Source: an uncultured Candidatus Saccharibacteria bacterium (lineage in GTDB: Bacteria > Patescibacteriota > Minisyncoccia > Minisyncoccales > Staskawiczbacteraceae). From it: a stretch of 32,201 nt of DNA. Numbering within the stretch: the stretch's first letter is position 1; the number at the start of each line of letters is the position of its first letter. Under the pieces are notes generated by a model. The model did not search any database. It saw only the letters and a program-made list of their open reading frames with translations, and was not told where the DNA came from. The translations under genes were made by a program, and so were the position numbers. Shown piece after piece: positions 14,161 to 21,423 of this stretch. Location of the stretch: positions 1 to 32,201 of the forward strand of contig CAYVRE010000002.1 of assembly GCA_964453095.1 (NCBI GenBank). Direction: 5' to 3'.

Positions 14161-16869
14161 TCAATTAAAAGAAGCTACACGCCTTTTCCAAAATCTATAA
14201 GCTAATTTTCGAATCTCCTCTATTAATATAACAGAGGAGGCTATTAATATGATTAACAGCCAATCGTATCCGTTAAGCGGGCTGGTGTGCAATATCTTTT
14301 GCATAACCGGATTATAAACGGCCAGCAATTGCAACGATACGACAATAATTGTTGCCGCTGCCAAAAATCTGTTTGACAGTGGATTGGATTTAAAAATTGA
14401 CTTGTCTTCCGACCTGCAGTTCCAAACATTAAACCATTGGAATACCGCCAGAACAACCAAGGACATTGTTTGGGCTTTTACCAAATCTGCCTGGAATAAT
14501 CCCTTAAAAATGAACAGGGTTCCCAGCATCATCGGCAAAGCCATAAACAGCATTCTCTGCGCCATCAGAAAATCGAACAGATACTTATTGGGTTTTTTGA
14601 ATTTTTCTAAAAGCAGGTTCTTCTCCCTGGGCTCCATGGCCAAAGCAACATCAAGAAATCCGTCGGTCACGAAATTAAGCCAGATAATCTGCACCGGCAG
14701 AATAGGAAGAGGAAATCCCAAGAAGAGGGCTCCGGCAATAGTTAAAACTTCTCCAAAGCTGGTGGAAAACAGATAAAGAATTACCTTTTTGATTGTCTTA
14801 TAGATGCTTCTCCCCTCTTCTATGGCAGAAATGATGCTGCCAAAATTATCATCCAAAAGCACTATATCCGATGCCTCCTTGGCAACTTCCGTGCCGATCT
14901 TACCCATTGCAACCCCAAGGTCTGCTGATACCAGCGAAGGCGCATCATTGACGCCGTCTCCTGTCATAGCAACTATTTTCTTAGTCGCCTTAAATGCCTT
15001 TATTATTCTTAATTTATGTTCCGGAGAAACCCTGGCAAAAACAGAGACTCCGCTGATCCTTTCAGCCAGTTCTTCATCGCTCATTTTTTCCAACTCATTC
15101 CCGGTGATAATCTCATCCCCTGCTTTATAGATCCCGGCTTCTTTGGCAATTGTTTTGGCGGTAATCCTGTGGTCTCCTGTTATCATAACCACGCGCACGC
15201 CTGCGCTGATGGCGCGGGCCATGGCAGCCGGAACTTCGGGGCGCAGCGCATCTTTCATCCCGAAGAATCCCACAAAAGTAACTTCTTTTATCTTGTCAGC
15301 TGATATATTCTTGGGCGGGCTGTTATTTATTCCCAGCGCCACCACCCTAAGCCCTTCTGCCGACATTTCTTCAAATATGTTTTTCAGCTTCTCTTTTTCT
15401 TCTTCCAGAAAGTTGCAGTTCTCTCCGTTGTGCCATATCTTTTTTGACATCTCTAAAATGTTTTCAGGGGCCCCTGTCACTATCAAGAAGTTTTTGTTAT
15501 TCGCTTTACGCACAGAAGCGCGGTATCTCAAGCGATAATCAAAGGGAAATTCCGCCGCAGAAGGATATTCCTGCTCTAAAATATTCTTATGAAAACCAAT
15601 TTTCTGCGCCAATACCAGCAATGAGGCTTCGGTCGGATCTCCGCCGATTGCCCATCTGCTCTCTTTCTCCAGAAAAACCACCCTGGCGTCAGTGCACAAT
15701 GCGGCGTTTTTGACTGCAAAAATCAATTCCGGGTGATTGAGCGGCTCTATAACTTTGTTGTCTGCCTCAATGCTTCCTCTCGGATCATAGCCTGTTCCGC
15801 CAATATCAAAAAAGCTGTTGTCGACAAATACCTTCTGTACAACCATTTCGTTTTTTGTAATCGTTCCTGTTTTGTCAACCGCGATAATCTCCGCCCTTCC
15901 CAATGCCCCGACTGCCTGCAATCTCTTCACCAATGCATTGCGCTTGCTCATCCTCCATACACCGGTAGCTAATATCAGGGTCATTACAATAGGCAGGCCT
16001 TCCGGGATAACGGAAATGGAAAGCGACACCAGAGTTATAAACATTTCCTTTATGCCCTTGCCTGACATCAATCCCTCTATAAAGAGGACAACATTCAGAA
16101 GAACCACAACAATGATAATGGCTCTTGATAAATAGCGTATATTCTTTTTAAGAGGTATTTCCGTGTCTATGGATGCGATCTCTTTAGCTATTTTTCCTAT
16201 CGCGGTATTTATGCCCGTGGCAATAACAACCGCTTTTCCGCTGCCGGACAATACATTCGTTCCCTTAAAAACAATGTTCTTCTGTTCGGCGACAGGCAGA
16301 TATTCCCTGTCTATTATCTCGGAAATCTTGTGCGCCGGCACAGACTCTCCGGATAAAGCCGACTCGTCTGTTTTAAGGTTATTTGATAAAATCACACGAG
16401 CATCAGCAGGAACTTTTTCGCCTTCCTGCAAAATGATAACATCTCCCGGAACAATATCTTTATCCGTGACAATAATTTCCTGGTTATCCCGCAAAACAGT
16501 TGTTCTGGTTTCTGTACATTTTTTAAGCGCCAATAAAGTATTTTGGGCTTTACCTTCCTGCAGCGCGCCTACAATTGCATTAAAGATAAGGACGAAAAAG
16601 ATGATAAGACCGTCGATAATCTCCCCCATAGCAAAAACCACGACACCGGCCAACAGGAGAATATATATCAGGGAGCTTTTGAACTGACGCAGGAAGATAA
16701 TAAAAAGCCCGTCCGGCTTGGCTTCGGGCAATTTATTCGAACCGTATTCTTTCAGGCGGGATATCGCCTCCTGCTCGCTTAATCCCTGCTGGCTGGATCC
16801 TACCTCCTCAAAGACATCTGAAATTGATTTTGCATACCACTGATTTTGCATATTCATCAATTTTACCAA
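14161..16869 (-). CDS. P-type cation-transporting ATPase (P2/Ca2+-ATPase-like)
   Basis: Phosphorylation site DKTGTITKN, hinge MTGDGVNDAPSL, SGESVP, and IPEGLP in TM4. The track start is TTG 16869. ATG 16857 or ATG 16851 is more likely, because an extended -10 (TGGTAAAAT, 16868..16860) sits just upstream. Confidence 0.93.
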   Translation of the reverse strand: MVKLMNMQNQWYAKSISDVFEEVGSSQQGLSEQEAISRLKEYGSNKLPEAKPDGLFIIFLRQFKSSLIYILLLAGVVVFAMGEIIDGLIIFFVLIFNAIVGALQEGKAQNTLLALKKCTETRTTVLRDNQEIIVTDKDIVPGDVIILQEGEKVPADARVILSNNLKTDESALSGESVPAHKISEIIDREYLPVAEQKNIVFKGTNVLSGSGKAVVIATGINTAIGKIAKEIASIDTEIPLKKNIRYLSRAIIIVVVLLNVVLFIEGLMSGKGIKEMFITLVSLSISVIPEGLPIVMTLILATGVWRMSKRNALVKRLQAVGALGRAEIIAVDKTGTITKNEMVVQKVFVDNSFFDIGGTGYDPRGSIEADNKVIEPLNHPELIFAVKNAALCTDARVVFLEKESRWAIGGDPTEASLLVLAQKIGFHKNILEQEYPSAAEFPFDYRLRYRASVRKANNKNFLIVTGAPENILEMSKKIWHNGENCNFLEEEKEKLKNIFEEMSAEGLRVVALGINNSPPKNISADKIKEVTFVGFFGMKDALRPEVPAAMARAISAGVRVVMITGDHRITAKTIAKEAGIYKAGDEIITGNELEKMSDEELAERISGVSVFARVSPEHKLRIIKAFKATKKIVAMTGDGVNDAPSLVSADLGVAMGKIGTEVAKEASDIVLLDDNFGSIISAIEEGRSIYKTIKKVILYLFSTSFGEVLTIAGALFLGFPLPILPVQIIWLNFVTDGFLDVALAMEPREKNLLLEKFKKPNKYLFDFLMAQRMLFMALPMMLGTLFIFKGLFQADLVKAQTMSLVVLAVFQWFNVWNCRSEDKSIFKSNPLSNRFLAAATIIVVSLQLLAVYNPVMQKILHTSPLNGYDWLLIILIASSVILIEEIRKLAYRFWKRRVASFN

Positions 16870-16895
16870 AAAATCGCCGAAAAGGCGACTTTTTG
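16865..16895 (-). terminator. Terminator after the SPFH gene, fused to an extended -10 element
   Basis: Minus strand reads GTCGCC-TTTTC-GGCGAT. The closing G:U pair is possible only in the minus transcript. It is followed by TTTTTT and then GGTAAAAT. Confidence 0.7.
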
Positions 16896-16911
16896 AAAAC
16901 GCGCGGATGTT

Positions 16912-17679
16912 TTATTGTGGCTGGTCTTTCTTGCCGAAAGATTCAAATGCCCTTAAAACCTCAAGCGGCACGGCAAAGACTATTGTGTTTGACTGGTCAG
17001 AGCTTATATCATTAATAGATTGGAGGGTTCTCAAGTGTAAAGCTCCGGTTGATTCTGAAAGTATTTTAGCCGCTTTGGACATGTTATCAGCGGCAACAAC
17101 TTCTCCCTCGGCTTTTATAATCATGGCTCTTTTTTCTCTTTCAGCTTCAGCCTGTTTGCCTATTACTCTCTTCATCTCCTCGGGCAAAACAATGTCTTTT
17201 AATTCAACGTTGGAAACCTTGATTCCCCAGGGGTCAGAAGCGTCGTCTATAATCTTCCGTATATTCTCCGAAACCCTGTCTCTTTGGGAAAGCAGGTCAT
17301 CAAGATCAACCTGTCCTACGGCATTTCTCATTGTTGTCTGGGCTAATTGAGAAATAGCGTAATAGAAGTTTTCCACTTCCAGAACCGACTTATCGGCATC
17401 CTGGACCTTGTAATAGATTACTGCGTTGACGCCAACAGAAATATTGTCTTTGGTAATCGCCTCCTGGTTAGGGACATCAACTGCCTTAACCCTCAAATCT
17501 ATTTTCCTGTACGACTGGAATATCGGCCAGATCAGCCTCCAGCCCGGCTCCATTGTGCCGATGTATTTTCCCAGCATAAACTTAACCCCTTTTTCATACT
17601 GGTTTATCTGCTTGATTGATGCCAGAATAATCAAAACAATTACACCGGCTACGATATATAGAAAACTTACGAACATCAT
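16912..17679 (-). CDS. SPFH/Band 7 (stomatin/slipin-like) membrane protein
   Basis: 255 aa. N-terminal TM helix followed by an SPFH core (RVKAVDVPNQEAITKDNISVGVNAVIYYKV...) and an Ala/Glu-rich coiled coil (GKQAEAEREKRAMIIKAEGE). Confidence 0.9.
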   Translation of the reverse strand: MMFVSFLYIVAGVIVLIILASIKQINQYEKGVKFMLGKYIGTMEPGWRLIWPIFQSYRKIDLRVKAVDVPNQEAITKDNISVGVNAVIYYKVQDADKSVLEVENFYYAISQLAQTTMRNAVGQVDLDDLLSQRDRVSENIRKIIDDASDPWGIKVSNVELKDIVLPEEMKRVIGKQAEAEREKRAMIIKAEGEVVAADNMSKAAKILSESTGALHLRTLQSINDISSDQSNTIVFAVPLEVLRAFESFGKKDQPQ

Positions 17680-17768
17680 ATTTTTAAAATTTAATTATTA
17701 ATATTCGCCTTCAATTTTATCTAACCAGCTTTAACTGTCCTTGTCAAACAAAAACCGCCTCTTAATTT

Positions 17769-19229
17769 CTATTTCAACCCTCCTAGGTCCAGCGTGAAAT
17801 CTACTCTTACTTTTTCTACAAAATCACTTGCGTGACTTACTAGTATCATAGCTCCGTCAAAATTAGTAATTGCTTCGGCAATAATCGGAATATGACGAAA
17901 ATTAATATGGTTCGTGGGCTCGTCTAAAATAAGTAAACCGGGTTTTTCTAATGATATTGTCGCAAAAGCAACTAATCCTTTTTGGCCCTCAGATAAAGAT
18001 CCAATCTTAGCTTTTAATATTTCCGAATCCAAAAGAAACCCTGCTGCATGCGCCCTCAATCCTTGCTCTGTTCCATCGCTTCCCATTGCCGTTGAAAGTG
18101 TTTGATACACAGTGGCATTAAAATCTAATGTTGAAAAATCTTGTCTATAATATCCAATTTTAACCCCTGATTTGACATGCTCTCCTTTCGCGTGCCCCGA
18201 AGCTAATTTTTCTAAAAGTGTAGTTTTACCAATTCCATTCGGCCCGGTCAAAAGCAATCTTTCTTTTTTATTTAAAGTTATATTTACTTTTTTATTCACA
18301 AACTTATGATTTATGGCAACTGCCACAGAATCTAATTGCAGAATCACGCCTCCAATATCTTTCTGAGCCGGTATATTAAAGTTTTTTATTGTTTTGTCTT
18401 CCCTTCTCAGACCCACCACTTCACCCTCTAATTCTTCTATCTTTTTTTTCATCTTTGAAGAAACGTCTCTAAGGTGTCCTCCCTTTTGCGCAAAAAAATT
18501 AGCCTGCTCTTTTCTATGAGAAATATCTTTTTCTAATCTGGCATTTTTCATTCTCTCCCTTTCCAATCTTAATTTAATTTCTTCTACAACAGTAAAATAG
18601 TCTCCCGCATATTGCTCAACTTTTTTGGAGAATATATCGAGATATAAAACGCCTTGCGTAAAAGCATTTAAAAAATCCGCGTCGTGGGAAATGACAATAC
18701 AAGTTTTTGGATATTCAATAATAAACTTTGTTAAGTGCTCGATTCCCGCCTTGTCCAGATTGTTTGTTGGTTCATCCAATAAAAGCAAATCCGGGTCTTG
18801 TATCAAGGCTGACGCCAAAAGAATCCTTGCCTGCTGTCCTCCGGAAAGATTTTTTACCTCTTTATCGTGCGAGACAGAAAGATTAACTATTTTTAAAACA
18901 TCATCAATTTTTTTATCAATGTTGTAGGTTTTACCGGGAAAACACTTCTCAAAAAATTCTCTCACAGATAACATCAAATCCTTACGCCCTATCACCTGTT
19001 TTGCCACGGCTATAGTTAAGTCTTTATCTAAGCTGACAACTCCTGATTCCGGACTTGATTCTCCGCCTATCAATTGAAAAATCGTGCTTTTCCCCGCTCC
19101 ATTCTGCCCCATTAATGTAATCTTTGATCCCCTGCGTACAGAAAAACTCGCCCCCTTTAAAATCGGCTTGTTTTGACCCCATTCAAAAAAAACATTATTA
19201 AATTTTAGTATTGTCTCATCTCTTGACAT
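17769..19229 (-). CDS. ABC-F family ATPase (two tandem ABC domains, no TM domain)
   Basis: First domain: Walker A GQNGAGKST, signature LSGGQQARILLA, Walker B LLLLDEPTNNLD. Second domain: GPNGIGKTTLL, LSEGQKGLVAFA, LLILDEPTNHIN. A charged linker separates them. Confidence 0.9.
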   Translation of the reverse strand: MSRDETILKFNNVFFEWGQNKPILKGASFSVRRGSKITLMGQNGAGKSTIFQLIGGESSPESGVVSLDKDLTIAVAKQVIGRKDLMLSVREFFEKCFPGKTYNIDKKIDDVLKIVNLSVSHDKEVKNLSGGQQARILLASALIQDPDLLLLDEPTNNLDKAGIEHLTKFIIEYPKTCIVISHDADFLNAFTQGVLYLDIFSKKVEQYAGDYFTVVEEIKLRLERERMKNARLEKDISHRKEQANFFAQKGGHLRDVSSKMKKKIEELEGEVVGLRREDKTIKNFNIPAQKDIGGVILQLDSVAVAINHKFVNKKVNITLNKKERLLLTGPNGIGKTTLLEKLASGHAKGEHVKSGVKIGYYRQDFSTLDFNATVYQTLSTAMGSDGTEQGLRAHAAGFLLDSEILKAKIGSLSEGQKGLVAFATISLEKPGLLILDEPTNHINFRHIPIIAEAITNFDGAMILVSHASDFVEKVRVDFTLDLGGLK

Positions 19230-19271
19230 AATAGATATCTTACCTTATTTCTAAACAAATATCCAACCTGA

Positions 19272-19326
19272 TCAAAAAACCACCTCAATTATCCTTCAAT
19301 AAATTCAGGATAAGAAAGGTGGTTTT
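19272..19326 (-). terminator. Long interrupted hairpin terminator after the ArsM-like gene
   Basis: Outer stem ACCACCT (19279-19285) / AGGTGGT (19317-19323). Inner stem TTATCCT (19289-19295) / AGGATAA (19307-19313). On the minus strand it is followed by TTTTTTGAT. Confidence 0.75.
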
Positions 19327-19421
19327 ATAAAGATACTTGACGGTGCGCGGGCGAGTGTACGACGCTAGAACCGCCGTACAAAGGAATGAGGGACAAATCT
19401 ATGTCCCTACTTTAGCTTAAA

Positions 19422-20156
19422 CTATTTTATTAGCTCAACCATTATACTCTCTAACGGGATGCCATTATATTGCGTCTTACTAATGCCCGTATTTTCATAT
19501 AAAACCTTCACATTAAACCCCGCTCCCCTTATTTTACCCAAATAATCATCTCTTAACAAAGCACCCGCTACACAGCCGGATATAAGCTCCTTATTATTCC
19601 TTTGCTCATCGGTCAACTCCTTCAATAAAACAATATCAGACAAGTAAATCCTCCCTCCTTGCTTGAGAACCCTATATGCCTCGGCAAAAGTTTTGGCTTT
19701 GTCGGGAGTAAGGTTTATTACACAATTTGTTATAATTGTATCCACTGAATTGTCTTCCAGCGGAAGCTTTTCTATTTCACCTAATAGAAATTCTACATTT
19801 GTTACATTCTGCTTTTTGGCGTTTTCTTTTGATTTTTCTATCATTTCCTCGGTCATGTCTACACCTATTACCTTTCCCTTTTCTCCCACTTTTTGAGCTG
19901 CTAAAATTGCGTCTATACCCGCACCAGAACCCAAATCCAAAACAGTATCCCCTTCTTTTATCTTTCCAAAGGCCAAAGGATTTCCGCATCCCAAGCCTAG
20001 ATTAGCTTCGCCAACGATTTCTAATTCCTCATCTGTGTATCCTATACTTTTTGAGATATTCTTTGCCTTTTTACAGCTACATCCACAGCCAGAACCATTA
20101 GTAGCTATTTCCTTGTATGCATCCTTCACAATTTTTTTTATAACATCTTTTTTCAT
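19422..20156 (-). CDS. arsM: SAM-dependent methyltransferase, arsenite methyltransferase (ArsM)-like
   Basis: SAM motif VLDLGSGAGID plus the Cys motifs I associate with ArsM (GSGCGCSC, LGLGCGNP, TNCVINL, SGCVAGA). Confidence 0.8.
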   Translation of the reverse strand: MKKDVIKKIVKDAYKEIATNGSGCGCSCKKAKNISKSIGYTDEELEIVGEANLGLGCGNPLAFGKIKEGDTVLDLGSGAGIDAILAAQKVGEKGKVIGVDMTEEMIEKSKENAKKQNVTNVEFLLGEIEKLPLEDNSVDTIITNCVINLTPDKAKTFAEAYRVLKQGGRIYLSDIVLLKELTDEQRNNKELISGCVAGALLRDDYLGKIRGAGFNVKVLYENTGISKTQYNGIPLESIMVELIK

Positions 20157-20169
20157 ATTCTAAATTCTA

Positions 20170-20200
20170 CCAAAAAACCGCTTCGTTGAAAAGCGGCTTC
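20170..20200 (-). terminator. Terminator after tRNA-Asp, fused to an extended -10 element
   Basis: Minus strand reads CCGCTT-TTCAACG-AAGCGG, then TTTTTT, then GGTAGAAT. TGGTAGAAT spans 20172..20164, and the ArsM ATG at 20156 lies 7 nt after the hexamer. Confidence 0.75.
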
Positions 20201-20209
20201 CGGAAAAAG

Positions 20210-20283
20210 CGCGGGCGACGGGATTTGAACCCGTGGTCTCTCCCGTGACAGGGGAGCATTTTACCAGACTAAACTACGCCCGC
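20210..20283 (-). tRNA. tRNA-Asp (anticodon GTC)
   Basis: Hand-folded cloverleaf: acceptor GCGGGCG/CGCCCGC, D-arm GTTT-AGTCTGGTA-AAAT, anticodon arm CTCCC-CTGTCAC-GGGAG, T-arm ACGGG-TTCAAAT-CCCGT, discriminator G. No encoded CCA. Confidence 0.9.
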
Positions 20284-20946
20284 ATTTTTATACGTTTTAT
20301 ATTTTCTTTCTAAATAAATCAAATTTTCAACTTTATCCCCATTATACATAAATTTGAAAAGTTTTCTAGAGTCATTAATACTATAATTTAATCTCCACGT
20401 ATTGTCTCTACAATACGATGATCCTGTTGTGCCCAATAATCTACTTAGACTATTTTTTAAATTATTTAAAATTAATCCGCTTCCGGATGTAAATCTTGTA
20501 GATAAAACGCATGCTTTACTTTTTCTATCACACCTATCAAAATACCCCGATACTACATTTCCGTCTCCGTCAAAATATCCTCTTACAAAATGGTGAAAAT
20601 ATTTATCTGGGACATGGGGCAAATCTATTGTTTTACTTTTGTTGGGCGTTAAACCCAACTTCAATAAATCATCAAATATTTTTTTGCTTCCAATCTGTAA
20701 GCGATACGCATCTTTCCATTTTTTATTTAAGACGTTCCTTCGCTTAATGCTAATCTTATGATTCGAGCCAAAAGCTTCTTTAATCTCTTCTAATAAATCT
20801 TTATCTGTAATTTCAATAGCTATAAAATGCGCTCCCCTCTTATTTCTTATCATGTTTCCATCGGCTGTAAAAAATCCCAAGACATAGGCCATTTCTGGTG
20901 TCCAACTTTTAAAGAAATCTTCATTCTTTATTTTAAAAATCGGCAT
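20269..20946 (-). CDS. LAGLIDADG homing endonuclease (double-motif, monomeric type)
   Basis: 225 aa with two LAGLIDADG motifs (YVLGFFTADGN and FVRGYFDGDGN). The ATG at 20946 is 1 nt after the tRNA-Met discriminator. The stop TAG (20271..20269) is nt 13-15 of tRNA-Asp. Confidence 0.9.
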   Translation of the reverse strand: MPIFKIKNEDFFKSWTPEMAYVLGFFTADGNMIRNKRGAHFIAIEITDKDLLEEIKEAFGSNHKISIKRRNVLNKKWKDAYRLQIGSKKIFDDLLKLGLTPNKSKTIDLPHVPDKYFHHFVRGYFDGDGNVVSGYFDRCDRKSKACVLSTRFTSGSGLILNNLKNSLSRLLGTTGSSYCRDNTWRLNYSINDSRKLFKFMYNGDKVENLIYLERKYKTYKNAGVV

Positions 20947-20947
20947 G

Positions 20948-21021
20948 TGCCGAGGGTGGGAGTCGGACCCACGACCTCTGCGTTATGAGTGCAGCGCTCT
21001 TACCAACTGAGCTACCCCGGC
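20948..21021 (-). tRNA. tRNA with CAT anticodon, elongator type (Met or Ile2)
   Basis: Acceptor GCCGGGG/CCTCGGC (G1:C72), D-arm GCTC-AGTTGGTAA-GAGC (C11:G24), anticodon arm CTGCA-CTCATAA-CGCAG (A31xC39), T-arm GTGGG-TCCGACT-CCCAC, discriminator A. The T-loop has C where U55 is expected. No CCA. Confidence 0.8.
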
Positions 21022-21266
21022 TTGTTCTGGTTTTGAATAAATTTTAACTTTTCTTCACGCGTCCGTTTTTTAATCTCCCTCTCTCTTCTCTGCGCCGTTA
21101 CCTTTTTATCATATTCTTCAAAAAACACAATTTTTTGGGGAGGGTGCGATCGTGTATATTTTGCCCCCTTTCCTTTTTTATGCTTATCAAAACGTCCTTC
21201 TAGATTGTTAGTCGAGCCGGCGTATAAAGAGCCGTCGACACATTTTATGATATAAACAAACCACAT
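21012..21266 (-). CDS. Small GIY-YIG nuclease-domain protein
   Basis: 84 aa. FVYIIKCVDGSLYAGSTNNLEGRFDKHKKG...AKYT contains the GIY...YxG, R and K(H) elements of the GIY-YIG domain. The stop TAG (21014..21012) is nt 8-10 of the downstream tRNA. Confidence 0.85.
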   Translation of the reverse strand: MWFVYIIKCVDGSLYAGSTNNLEGRFDKHKKGKGAKYTRSHPPQKIVFFEEYDKKVTAQRREREIKKRTREEKLKFIQNQNKPG

Positions 21267-21279
21267 TAAAAAATATATG

Positions 21280-21350
21280 TTGGGCCGCCCCGAATTGCAC
21301 GGGGGCCTGGAGCTTATGAGACTCCCGAGGTACTACTCCTCCACGGCCCG
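21280..21350 (-). tRNA. tRNA with CAT anticodon, initiator-like (C1xA72 mismatch, A11:U24) but atypical
   Basis: 71 nt. Acceptor CGGGCCG/CGGCCCA with C1 opposite A72, T8, D-arm GAGG-AGTAGTA-CCTC, anticodon arm GGAGT-CTCATAA-GCTCC, variable AGGC, T-arm CCCCG-TGCAATT-CGGGG, A73. No CCA. It lacks the three G:C pairs of canonical initiators, has no GG in the D-loop and has G at position 55. Confidence 0.65.
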
Positions 21351-21423
21351 ATGATACTTTGTACTCTAACACAAAAAAACAACAAAAACAAGATTTTGCA
21401 GGTATTTAATAGGGATATAGGGG

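Noticed and set aside
19345-19354. 10-nt identity (GCGCGGGCGA) with the 3' end of tRNA-Asp (20209-20218), considered as att-site direct repeats bracketing the ArsM-like gene
   Set aside because: It is too short to exclude chance in 32 kb. The flanking bases diverge immediately, no integrase is present, and no tRNA-like fold could be built around 19340-19400.
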